Below, one piece after another: positions 38,336 to 48,900 of a stretch of 64,000 nt of DNA (the stretch's first letter is position 1; every line of letters starts with the position of its first letter). A model generated the notes under the pieces. It searched no databases. It saw nothing but the letters and a program-made list of their open reading frames with translations, and was not told where the DNA came from. The position numbers and the translations under genes are program-made. The DNA is taken from positions 124,001 through 188,000 of the IMG/VR virus record IMGVR_UViG_3300034073_005389. One strand, written 5' to 3'.

Positions 38336-39492
38336 TTTACCTTTCTTTTCTTTTTGCTATCTTCGTCTTCTTCTGATTTATTTTTTAATGCTTCTTGTTC
38401 TTGTCGTTTTGTTTCCCATTTCACATCACGAGCTTCTGAAATTTTTTGAACTAACTCTTCTGCTAAGGCAGGATCCTCTTTAATAGCTTCACAGAACTTT
38501 CCAAATCCAACCCATTTCTTATCACCATATTCATGTGTAACAGATGTTGGCTTGCTAACCACATTATAATCTAATGCTAGTTGTGCAATCTCTTCATGAC
38601 GATCAATTACTCCAATTCCAAAGTCTACTTTAAATTCACATTTTTTTGGCCAAGCACAAAATTTTGATTTTTCTGTAGTTGCTCTTATGGTATGACCAAT
38701 CTTATTATCTTTTTCATCTAAAATCATTGCATCTTTTCTCATCACCGCTTCAAAATATAAATTGGCTGAAAGAAAGTGAGCATATGTATTTCCGCCAGAG
38801 AAAGTATGATCAGAGCCATAAGGATCCATATTGTCTCTTTTATGATTGATAACTAAAAATGGAACATTAGCTTTATTTACTTCTAAAGCAAGCTTCTTAA
38901 ATGTTGTAGTTAAGAATCTTGCCATTAGTGCCATGTTAGCTTTTCCAACAGCAGCTACATCCTCTCCTGGAGGAATTACGGCACCTAATGAATCTAGAAT
39001 AATAAGATTTACATCTATTTCTTTAGAAACAATCTTATCTAAGAGACCCTCTTTCTTTTTACCAACTAAAGCATGGGTTCTAGCATCTTCTTTGGGCTCT
39101 CCTAATAACATCTCGAAGCAACGACGACCGTTAACTGCTAAATCGCCATCAACGATAATAACTCTAGAAGTATCCAATCCTAGTTGCTCTGCCCACTCAA
39201 CGTTAAATGTATTTTCTGCATCAATAAATACTTGTTGAGACTCAGAGTTGAGTTGTTGCGCCTCTTTCATTGCCAACATAGCTAATAAGCTTTTGCCAGA
39301 TCCAGGAGGTCCATATAATTGGATAATCCTGCCTAAAGGATATCCGCCACAACCTAGAATTTCATCCAATAATAGTGATCCGGTAGGGACTGATTTTAAT
39401 TTGACATTTAACCTATCTTTTGCGACTTGATAATTTAATTGCTCATCTGAGTTTGCATAACTTTTAAAAAATGCATCTAGTTTACTTGACAT
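38332..39492 (-). CDS. recA: RecA/UvsX recombinase
   Basis: PTGSLLLDEILG.GGYP.GRI.QLYGPPGSGKS, VFIDAE, IILDSLGA, INH.R, GG loop. Confidence 0.93.
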   Translation of the reverse strand: MSSKLDAFFKSYANSDEQLNYQVAKDRLNVKLKSVPTGSLLLDEILGCGGYPLGRIIQLYGPPGSGKSLLAMLAMKEAQQLNSESQQVFIDAENTFNVEWAEQLGLDTSRVIIVDGDLAVNGRRCFEMLLGEPKEDARTHALVGKKKEGLLDKIVSKEIDVNLIILDSLGAVIPPGEDVAAVGKANMALMARFLTTTFKKLALEVNKANVPFLVINHKRDNMDPYGSDHTFSGGNTYAHFLSANLYFEAVMRKDAMILDEKDNKIGHTIRATTEKSKFCAWPKKCEFKVDFGIGVIDRHEEIAQLALDYNVVSKPTSVTHEYGDKKWVGFGKFCEAIKEDPALAEELVQKISEARDVKWETKRQEQEALKNKSEEDEDSKKKRKVK

Positions 39493-39525
39493 ATTTTCTT
39501 ACTCCAAATAGACGTTGTGTCCGAC

Positions 39526-39554
39526 AGTATATACCCCACATTTGCAGGTTTTAA
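39526..39554 (-). promoter_or_regulatory. possible sigma70-like promoter upstream of recA
   Basis: TTAAAA-N17-TATACT on the minus strand; weak -35, and chance matches are likely in AT-rich DNA. Confidence 0.3.
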
Positions 39555-39564
39555 ATATAAAAAA

Positions 39565-42500
39565 TTACTCAACAACACTTGCCCAAGAATCTATTCTTGT
39601 TACTTGTCTTGGTGCTGGTATCGCCCTAGTAACAGTATTGGTTTTTGAATTATCAACGTTCTGACCAGTACTCACTGTTTGAAAACTTAACTGAAAAGAT
39701 GTACTGCTAGCATTAGATACAGCAATCTTACTACCTAAATACGGATCATTAAATACTTGAGTCTCTATACAAGTAGGAATTTGATTTAAAGATATTCCAA
39801 ATATTAATGTCCCGTCTGGCTGCTTTACATTAGTTACATATCCTTGTGATAAATCATTAGGATCTACTGCGTACCTAGCTACTGGACCTCCATTGCTAGA
39901 AGCTAAGTAATCTACTCCCCAAATAGAACCATAACCAATAGAACAAGCATTGCTATTATTTACTAAAGGAGAATAAGTAGAAAAATATACAATCCCATTA
40001 AATAAAACTAAATTTCCAGTTACTCTAGATCCATTATTTAATGGCTGTACCCAATTTTCAGAAACTTTAACAGTTGAATTAACTATAGATTCTTTTAATG
40101 ACCATACTCGATTTACAGCCTGATCTCCATTGCTTAATTGTAATTGCTCTCCTGTAGTAAATAAAATTATATTATTTCCAAAAGAATCTACACTAACAAT
40201 AGGCGCAGTATGAATCGCTTCCCCAGATAAATAATTATCTGTAGGTAAAGAGTAAGCATCCCAAATTAAATCTGCGCTCCATAATTGAGGATCTGAGCTA
40301 GAAACATCTATTCTCCACAGAGATCCATCTGCATCTCCTACATAAATTTTAGAAGCTACTTGCCCTGTTTGAGATGGATATGCTACTGGAATTCCTGTAA
40401 TAGGAGAATCAAATGGCACTACTTTCGACTTACCCGCAGCAACTAAACCTGGAGGTCCTTCTGCATCAGAGCCTCTAAAGTTCATTAATACTTCTCCAGT
40501 ATCTAGTCTAACAATAGTCAATGATCTGCCAGGACCTTCTTGACCATTGTTTTGCCAACACTTGACAGACCCCCGCACTCCATAAGATTCTTTAGGATTA
40601 AAGATAGTATAAGGCTTTGGCTGGCGATTGCAAGCCCCTGCTGCTAGGGGCGACTCTCCGCCTGATAAAATACCTACAGCTATTTCTTTAATTTGACCAC
40701 TGCTGTCTTTAATAGATAAATTAGCAATTGTAGGAGTAGGGGATGTTCTTCCAAATAATTTATTTCCATTTACATCAGTAGATAATTGCCACAAAAATTT
40801 AGGATTAACTGGATCTGTTACATCTAAGGCATAATAAAATCCACCGGCAGGACCACCACCTGCTAACAATATGCTATTCCAAACTGACCCATTATTTGAT
40901 GCCTCAATAACATTTTTCTCATACACTACATCTTTTACAATTGGCGAGCCATCTAATAATATAGATTGCTGATTAAAAGAGCCTAATAAACGAGGTAATA
41001 CAATTGGAGGAATAAAGCTCCATAATTCATTATTTTTTAATAAATCTACTTTTAATAAGTCATTGTTATCATTTGCTGAAACTTTAAAAGCATGTAGTTG
41101 ACCATCTGTAGTTGCCGTGTATAACATTAATGGTCTTTTGCTTTGAGTAACTGCAAAATTTGCGTATGACTCGTCTCTTAAATATTCTTTAGGAGTTCCA
41201 GTTACAAAAGGAGTAGAATGATAAATAGATCCTAATTCGCTACAAGTAGAATTAGCTGGGCAAAAAGCGGGTTCTCTAGTCAAAAAAAAACCTGGTGTAG
41301 TTTCTCCTACATTCCAACGAATTAATCGTAAAGCACATTCTGTAGCACTATCAGTTAAAAACTGATCGCACAAATTAGGTACATTCAACGGATCAATATT
41401 TAATGCTTTTAAATTATTTAAATTAGATAATTGTGTGGAGAAGCTTTGACCATTTAATGGACCAATAATATTTCCAAAAGTAATACCTAAACCATCATTA
41501 CTTAATAAATTTGGTCTAGCACTTCTATCTGAAAAAATATTAACACCCGTATTATTAATATAAGTAATAAATTTTCTTGGATTAGCTATGTCATTAGAAT
41601 TAATATTCGAAGCAAAATCATCTCCCTTTAATGGATCTACAGGGTTAATAACTGTTTGTAATACTCCATTTTGAGAAGAACAAGTATACCTTTTTCTATC
41701 TAAATTGCCCTGCCATAATCCAGTGCCTCCAGGAATAGAGAATGAGGACCCAAATTGATAACCAATAGCTGGTGCATTAGATAAGGAATTAGATGTAACT
41801 GTAGCAGAAGAAAAAACTGGCAATGTTCTACTAGTAGAAGTATTAGTGATATTGGATAATACAGAAGATAAAACAGATTTTAATGAACCAAGATTATCTG
41901 CAAAATATGCTTTTTCTGTGCCGCCATTATAAGCAATTCTATGTAAATTACAACAAGCTTTTAATGTGCCAGATGCAGTAGTACAAATCCCATTAGCAGA
42001 AAAAGCAGTTACAGGATCTACCTGGCTACAATCAAAACCTGCCCCTGATGCTAAACCAAATCCTACTGCAAAAGTTTTAACTTGCTGGTTAATATTCAAA
42101 TCTTTAGCTAATTCATATGCAATTTGTTCTGGCAATGAATAAGGGCATTTGCCTCCAGGAGCAGCGCATTCAGGTCGTAAATCTAAATTAGGCTCTCCAT
42201 CAGAAAGTACGATAATGTAATTTTTTCTACATCCACCTAAAACATATGGATCAAAAGATGGACTAATTGGTTTATTATCAAGATCTTTAGAAAGATCTAA
42301 TTTAAAATATCCTTGAGCGTCTGACAACATACCAGCTAAAGGCGTAGCTCCATAAGGTCTCATGGCGAGCAATGCAGTTTGAATGAACTCTGTTCTAGCT
42401 TTAGAATTAGTTGGAGATTCATCAAATGGTCCAAATGGTACAAATCTACCTTCCCATGGAGGAGCTGCCTGATTACGGGCGCCTACTTCTAATTTTTTAG

Positions 42501-43185
42501 GAGAACATCCTGCTGGATTACCGCTAGCAAACACTCCTCCATTACCCCAATTAGCGTAATAACTCCACAATCCATTCATACCAGAACTAATAGAATAATC
42601 AGGTCCATTAGATCCTGTAGATGAGTCTGGAGAAGTATCAAATGTCATTAGTCCAAATCTAGCTCTATCTCCAAATACGTCTAAAATTCCATCATAAGAT
42701 GGTTTGAAAGCGCCAGGCGAACATAATTTGTTTAAATCATTATATGGATGAATTCTAAAAGCATTGCTTGGAACTGGCCAAGTTAGCCAAGAAAAGGGCA
42801 AAATACCAGGACCTAGAGCACAAATGTTGCCTGCACTATCTTTGGACAAAGGTCGATGATAAGATAAACTATATGGCTCATCGTAAGGCTCTACACTATT
42901 AATAGAATATTCTGCCTTAAAAGAAGATGTTGTTCTTTTTAGTTCTTGGCATGAATAATTATCAAGAGTTCCGTTCAAGACTGTAAGTAAGGTTGCCCAA
43001 CGATTTAATGGAGTAGTAACTCCAGGATTGCATTTAGGCAAAGAATTATCAATCATTCTTTCCATGGACCCAGAACTATCTACTAGCAATAGTACATTAG
43101 GCATGGGAGGATTAATATCTGATTGAGCGAAAGCATTAGAAGAATAACAGATAATAAATAAAATTAGTAATAAATACTTTTTCAT
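39565..43185 (-). CDS. pilY1: secreted PilY1/PilC-type type IV pilus tip adhesin (signal peptide + vWA + beta-propeller)
   Basis: Sec signal MKKYLLLILF...SNAFA, MIDAS DSSGSM, LGSIYHSTP, DGQLHAF, ELWSFIP, LDGSP.V.DV, YYALDVTDP..PKFLWQ, YVGD..GSLWR.D, GIVYFSTY. Confidence 0.85.
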   Translation of the reverse strand: MKKYLLLILFIICYSSNAFAQSDINPPMPNVLLLVDSSGSMERMIDNSLPKCNPGVTTPLNRWATLLTVLNGTLDNYSCQELKRTTSSFKAEYSINSVEPYDEPYSLSYHRPLSKDSAGNICALGPGILPFSWLTWPVPSNAFRIHPYNDLNKLCSPGAFKPSYDGILDVFGDRARFGLMTFDTSPDSSTGSNGPDYSISSGMNGLWSYYANWGNGGVFASGNPAGCSPKKLEVGARNQAAPPWEGRFVPFGPFDESPTNSKARTEFIQTALLAMRPYGATPLAGMLSDAQGYFKLDLSKDLDNKPISPSFDPYVLGGCRKNYIIVLSDGEPNLDLRPECAAPGGKCPYSLPEQIAYELAKDLNINQQVKTFAVGFGLASGAGFDCSQVDPVTAFSANGICTTASGTLKACCNLHRIAYNGGTEKAYFADNLGSLKSVLSSVLSNITNTSTSRTLPVFSSATVTSNSLSNAPAIGYQFGSSFSIPGGTGLWQGNLDRKRYTCSSQNGVLQTVINPVDPLKGDDFASNINSNDIANPRKFITYINNTGVNIFSDRSARPNLLSNDGLGITFGNIIGPLNGQSFSTQLSNLNNLKALNIDPLNVPNLCDQFLTDSATECALRLIRWNVGETTPGFFLTREPAFCPANSTCSELGSIYHSTPFVTGTPKEYLRDESYANFAVTQSKRPLMLYTATTDGQLHAFKVSANDNNDLLKVDLLKNNELWSFIPPIVLPRLLGSFNQQSILLDGSPIVKDVVYEKNVIEASNNGSVWNSILLAGGGPAGGFYYALDVTDPVNPKFLWQLSTDVNGNKLFGRTSPTPTIANLSIKDSSGQIKEIAVGILSGGESPLAAGACNRQPKPYTIFNPKESYGVRGSVKCWQNNGQEGPGRSLTIVRLDTGEVLMNFRGSDAEGPPGLVAAGKSKVVPFDSPITGIPVAYPSQTGQVASKIYVGDADGSLWRIDVSSSDPQLWSADLIWDAYSLPTDNYLSGEAIHTAPIVSVDSFGNNIILFTTGEQLQLSNGDQAVNRVWSLKESIVNSTVKVSENWVQPLNNGSRVTGNLVLFNGIVYFSTYSPLVNNSNACSIGYGSIWGVDYLASSNGGPVARYAVDPNDLSQGYVTNVKQPDGTLIFGISLNQIPTCIETQVFNDPYLGSKIAVSNASSTSFQLSFQTVSTGQNVDNSKTNTVTRAIPAPRQVTRIDSWASVVE

Positions 43186-43191
43186 AAATCC

Positions 43192-44196
43192 TCACTTATC
43201 GGCATAAGAGAATACTTTGTCTAATGACATTCCTTTGGTTTCTTCTACTAATTGTAGATTTTTCAGAATATTCATTCTTACTTCTTCATCTGGTGGACCT
43301 ACTTCTTTCACAAATCTAAATCTAGAGGGTCGGCTTTTGATAGAATCATCTATTTTAGTAATATCATTAGCTGTCATAATAAACATAACTTGTTTATAAT
43401 CATTATGAACGCCATCTAATGCATTAATAAAAGAATCAAAAGTAAATTTAACTTGATCATTTTTCATAGCACATTCTCTACCATGAAAATAATTATCAAA
43501 GTCCTCCATTAAAACAATACATCTTTGAGGAATAGTAGAGAACATTAAAGAAATATCTAAGTTATTGTATTCAGGATTTAAATACACTATGTATATGGGC
43601 AAGCAGTATTTTTTGCTTAAATACTTAACAAACTGTGATTTACCATTACCTGGAGGACCGTATAACAAACATCCTGTTTTTCTTTTTTTACCAGACAAAA
43701 CTAATTTTAAATCTTCTTCAATGTCTTGATAAATTGATTTAGACAAATAAATATTAGGATTAGATTCGCAAATCAGCTGCCCTAATCTATCAGATCCTCT
43801 TGGCACTAAAGCCATGATAGAAATAGTACTATCATCTTGATCTGAGCCATCTAACATATTATCAATTTTGCTTCTTTGCCATCTTGGAAAAATAATATAA
43901 GAAACACTTTCTTTACTTTCCCAACCAGTAGTTAGCAATCTTTCATTTTTACCAAAATAAAAAAAACAGCCATTTAAAAAAACTAAAGCTTCATATATTT
44001 CTGGATATTTAGGATCTTTTACTTTATCCTTAGATAAGACCCAAGCTTTAGAATTATTTTTTTTAATTTTATTAATTAATTTTTTACTTATTTCATTATC
44101 TAGTCTATAATTATTTAAAATTAGATACTTAAATACAGCCCAGCTAGAAACAAGAATTGTGCTAACAATACCAATAATAGTTAAAAAACTATTCAT
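43192..44196 (-). CDS. membrane-anchored AAA+ ATPase (BCS1-like)
   Basis: N-terminal hydrophobic helix; GCLLYGPPGNGKS, VLMEDFD, FINALDG, MTAN, RPSRF. Confidence 0.85.
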   Translation of the reverse strand: MNSFLTIIGIVSTILVSSWAVFKYLILNNYRLDNEISKKLINKIKKNNSKAWVLSKDKVKDPKYPEIYEALVFLNGCFFYFGKNERLLTTGWESKESVSYIIFPRWQRSKIDNMLDGSDQDDSTISIMALVPRGSDRLGQLICESNPNIYLSKSIYQDIEEDLKLVLSGKKRKTGCLLYGPPGNGKSQFVKYLSKKYCLPIYIVYLNPEYNNLDISLMFSTIPQRCIVLMEDFDNYFHGRECAMKNDQVKFTFDSFINALDGVHNDYKQVMFIMTANDITKIDDSIKSRPSRFRFVKEVGPPDEEVRMNILKNLQLVEETKGMSLDKVFSYADK

Positions 44197-44199
44197 AAA

Positions 44200-44718
44200 T
44201 CATTCATATCCTTCTGGAATCTTTTCACGTTCAGTTGCTTGTGTGGGAGTATAGCCCAGAATAGTTCGACGTAAACCTGCGGCAATATCTTTATAATGAT
44301 GGTGGCTTTTTATTATTATATCATATTTCTTTTCTAAGACTACTTTACTAGCTCTAGCTTTTGCTAAGCTAATAGAAATTTCATCTACTTCAGGAGATGA
44401 GTTACCAGCCCAAATTTTCATATCTGTAGTAGTCTTACTACCATCAGGAGCTTTATACTCTAAAGATGCTTTGTTTTTAACAGAATTAATTTTAGATTCT
44501 AAATAACCCACTGTTTTTACTATTTTACCTAAATATTCTGTTAGAATATCAGCTCCTCGCAAAGCTTGTTGTTGTAACAATTCTGCATGAGCTAAATCCA
44601 CTGGGTCTGACTCTTGTAAATGTAATAATACTTCTTGAATTTCAGTTAAGTCAAAATTAACAAAATCTTCTTCTAATTCATTTCCTAAAAAATCGCCTAA
44701 TCTTACCTTGCGACTCAT
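44200..44718 (-). CDS. hypothetical helical protein (possibly UvsY-like recombination mediator)
   Basis: 172 aa, coiled-coil pattern, replication context; UvsY call is tentative. Confidence 0.55.
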   Translation of the reverse strand: MSRKVRLGDFLGNELEEDFVNFDLTEIQEVLLHLQESDPVDLAHAELLQQQALRGADILTEYLGKIVKTVGYLESKINSVKNKASLEYKAPDGSKTTTDMKIWAGNSSPEVDEISISLAKARASKVVLEKKYDIIIKSHHHYKDIAAGLRRTILGYTPTQATEREKIPEGYE

Positions 44719-44728
44719 AAATACATTC

Positions 44729-45088
44729 CTATTTCTTTTTTTGTTTATTATCTATTAAACTTATTTTTTCATCTAATGATTTAATTTTTGAATCTAATTC
44801 TTTTATTTTATCTTTGAATTGAGATACAATATTACTAACCTCTGAATGCGCTGCGCGCAAGTGCTGATGTACCATTACGCTCATTAAAAATAAATAAACT
44901 TCAAAACTAGTTTGGCGCTTGGATGGAGGTTTTAAAAAAATAATAATACCTGCATCGTCTGTCTCAAATAAATCTATGAATAAATCTTCGCCTTTGTTGG
45001 TATTGGTAGTATAAGATTTTACAATCTTTTGATACATCCCCCACTCATCTTCTGTCATATTTACTTTTTTATTATCAATTACTCTCAT
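44729..45088 (-). CDS. hypothetical protein
   Basis: 119 aa, C-terminal coiled coil. Confidence 0.75.
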   Translation of the reverse strand: MRVIDNKKVNMTEDEWGMYQKIVKSYTTNTNKGEDLFIDLFETDDAGIIIFLKPPSKRQTSFEVYLFLMSVMVHQHLRAAHSEVSNIVSQFKDKIKELDSKIKSLDEKISLIDNKQKKK

Positions 45089-45096
45089 ATTTTATC

Positions 45097-45912
45097 TCAA
45101 GACCTTGAAAAACTTCCTTTTCCACGATTTGAACCAGATTCAAAATTTTGCCTAGATTGATTTACCCTGCTGTGCAACTGCTGTAATTTAACTAAATCAG
45201 CCGGATTAGATCCACTTTTAGATTTAGCTCTACTTGCCATATTTAATACTACCGAAGGAATGTCATCATCTATGCTCACATCACCTAAAGATGAAGAAAT
45301 CTCATTTCCATCTAACAAAGACTGCATCTCTAATACTGCATCTGGATCTGCAGATTCTATTAACTCAGGTGATAAAAATTGAGAACTTCCACTTTCATTA
45401 GCCAATAAAGGAGTACCTACTCTTTTAATCTGCTGCGCCAATTTTTTTAAATGCTCTGTTTTTTCAGAAGCATTCTGAAATCCTTCTATTTTGGGCTTTA
45501 CAGCCTCTGCCCTCTTAAAAAATTCATTGGTCTTGTCTTCAGATTGTATTCTTTCTGCCAATACCTCTTGCTCTCCAGCATCTGTCTTTACTTTTACAGT
45601 GAATTTTTTATTTTCTTTTCTTTCCTCAAAATCTTTTTGATCTTCCACTCGCTTAATTTCTTTTAAAGCTTCTTTTGGAACATAATTAATTAATTTTTCA
45701 GAATCTGTTCTAATAAAATTAAAATTAGATAACATCCAATCATTTAACTGATCAGAATAATCTTGCATTTTAACCATAGTGTCATTTAATATTGACAATA
45801 AGTTTTTTAACGCTTCATCCATAATAGACTGCCCACAATATGGGCAAATATTTTGATCAATGGCATGTTTCCATTTAGGATTAATATCTGATTCACATGA
45901 AATGCATTTCAT
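45097..45912 (-). CDS. hypothetical protein with N-terminal zinc ribbon
   Basis: MKCISC...CPYCG; start moved from 45930 (TTG) to 45912 (AAGGA RBS). Confidence 0.75.
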   Translation of the reverse strand: MKCISCESDINPKWKHAIDQNICPYCGQSIMDEALKNLLSILNDTMVKMQDYSDQLNDWMLSNFNFIRTDSEKLINYVPKEALKEIKRVEDQKDFEERKENKKFTVKVKTDAGEQEVLAERIQSEDKTNEFFKRAEAVKPKIEGFQNASEKTEHLKKLAQQIKRVGTPLLANESGSSQFLSPELIESADPDAVLEMQSLLDGNEISSSLGDVSIDDDIPSVVLNMASRAKSKSGSNPADLVKLQQLHSRVNQSRQNFESGSNRGKGSFSRS

Positions 45913-45936
45913 AAGATTTCCTTTCAACAATATATA

Positions 45937-48900
45937 TCAATCATCTTCTTGTTCAGAATCTAAATCAATTAATCCCTGATCATAAAGATTGTTTTCTATT
46001 TCTTCCAATAAAGAAGATGCTGGCTTATCCATTTCTTTTTTAGCATCTTTCAAAGATACTTTTTTAGATTTTAAATCTTCTGGCAAAGAAGGAGGCGGGG
46101 CTACATTATACATCTTTTCAAAAATAATACCAAGCTCTTGCTCATATATATTAGCCGTTCCAGAAAAATGAATACCCAAACCAACATCAAAAACTACTTT
46201 GTTATGCACCTTCTTTAAGTATTTTTGAAGATCTGCCCACCTATCAGGAAAAATTGTCAAACTACAACGATCCCCATTTCTATCTTCAATTGTAGCCTTA
46301 ATCATAGGCTGACCATAATATTTACTAGTCTCTTTCTTAACCTTAAATTCAAAAAAATCTTTGACAATTCCTTTCATAGAAGGTAATGGCGTTTTTTCTT
46401 TTGCATTTTTTAATTGCCTAATCACAATATGATCATCTTTAAAGAAACTACCATATGCCACTGGCGGCTTACATACAAATGACTCGCCCATATAAAATTG
46501 CTCTAATGCATATTTTTCAGCAATACTCCAGTCTAATTCCTTTGACCATGGATAAATAAACTCTTCCTTAGATGGATCATGCTTTTTGCACCATACCTGT
46601 AGTTTCTTCCTGTAATCCGATACATACAAAAACATAAGCTTGCGAGGTAAGTTGAAACAATCCATCGCCCCAGATGCAATCAATGCCTGTATATTGTTAG
46701 CTCGTACTTTCTTAGAATCTACCCTAACCATAAAATCAAAGAAATTAGTAAAAGGTCTCTTCTCTACAATATCATTAATAGCCTCATCACCAACAAACTT
46801 CAATGCATCCAAACCAGTAATTAATTGATTCTCGCCTACAATAGAATATTGTAACTTAGATTTATTAATGTCTGGTGGTAAAATCTTAATCTTATTGGCT
46901 CGTAACTCCGATTTAATACGCTCAATATTAACTTTAGCGTCTGGAGTATTAGACTTTACCTCTGCCATCAAGTTGGCTAACAAAAATTCAACAGGATAAT
47001 GAGCTTTTAAATAGGCCGTCTTGTAAGAAACCATAGAATATAAAACTGCGTGAGCCGCGTTGAACCCATACGAATTGAAGCCACTTACGACATCTATCCA
47101 TATCCTCTCGGCAATATTTTCATTAATACCATTCTTTACAGAATCTTCGATAAACTCCATTTTCCACTGTTGAACCTTCTTAGGATTCTTACCTTTTTCT
47201 TTAGTAAGTTTTCTAAGGCGATCCGCAGAATGAAGACTCCAACCAGCTATGTCCTGAGCCAAATACATAAGACACTCTTCATATAAGCCAAACCCATAAG
47301 TATTAGCGAAGGCTCGTTTTAAATTAGGGTGTAATAATATTATAGGCTTCTTACCATCTCTGACTTTAATAAAATCATCTCGCATATCGCGAGCAGAAGG
47401 GCGAGCTAAGGCGTTAATGTTGGCTAGATCATTGATACTTCTAGGCTTGATTCTCTTACACAAATCTACTGTTCCACCAGAAGTACCGAACTGGAAGACG
47501 GCAAAAGTATCACCTTTAGAAATTAGTTCATATGTTTTCTCATCATATTCTTCATAGTCTAAACTATCTGGGGGCAAAGGCTTACCTTGTTCTTTAATCA
47601 AGCGATAAGTCTCACCGATAATATCTAAGGTTGACAAGCCAAGAGTATCCATCTTGACCAATCCATTTTCTTCTGCTTTATCTTTATCATACTCTAGTGC
47701 TAGAGCACCATCTTTATCTCGGCGTAGTGGAACCAAACCAGTAAGAGGTCTGGCAGAAATAATAATACCTCCAGCGTGGGTAGACCAAGCACGATATTTA
47801 CCACAAATATCTTTGTACTTTAAGAACTCTGGATATTTCTTACAATACTCGGCAAAGAGTGGTACTTTTTCATAAGCATCATCAATAGAATGAATATCTG
47901 ATGGAATACAATCTGCTACGTCGTTACCTAATTTAATAGCTTCTTCTCTGGAGCCGCCTAGCTCACAGGCTCTAGAAATATCTCGAACATATACTTTTGG
48001 AGTGATGGTGTTAACGTTGGAGACGTGGGCAACATGATCATCTCCGTATTTATGACGAAGATAGTTTTGAACCTTCTCCCTTCCAGAAGGAGCAAAGTCT
48101 AGGTCTATGTCTGGAAAGCTGCTCTTTTCTTTATTATGGAATCTGGCAAAGATAAGATTGTATTTAATAGGATCAGCTTGATGGATTCCTAATAGATAAG
48201 CGATTAAGGAGCCACCGACTGAGCCACGACCTTCACCTACTGGGATATTGTTCTTTCTGGCCCAGTTAACATAATCGGCAACGATTAGCATATAGCTAGA
48301 GAAGCCATGATATTCTAATACATCTAGTTCTTCATTGATTCTGTCGAGATAGAGAGATTTTTCTTCATCGGAAGAAAATTTAATACGAGGGAATTTATTT
48401 TCACAGGCAAAGCGAAGATATTGTTTATCTTCGGATAGTTGTTGGACAAATTCTGGTTGAGAGGAAGACCATTGTAAGAATTGTGGATAATCTAATTCAT
48501 CTTTAACGGGAAAGATAGGAAGTTCTTTACCGGAGGGATTAGAGTATTTAGGATCGATCCAGTTGGGAATTTCGCACATATCAGCGAAGTGTATAGTATT
48601 TTGGCAGATTTGGGTGGCAAATTCTTCACCATAGTTTCTTGAGAAGAAGTTTTTAACTTCCTCACCGGATTTGAGGTAGAAATCTGGTACTGGATATTTG
48701 AGGCGAAAATTGGAATATCTGGGCTGATGAGATCCGATAGAAAGAAGAACATCATGGATATCATGATCTTCTTTATTTAGATAGTGGGCATTGCAGGCGG
48801 GGACGATTTTTACATCATGTTTTTTAGCCAGTTCAATAAGTCTACGGTTAAGGAATTGTTGATCAATTTCGTCATTATAGACATTGGAGCCACGTTTCAT

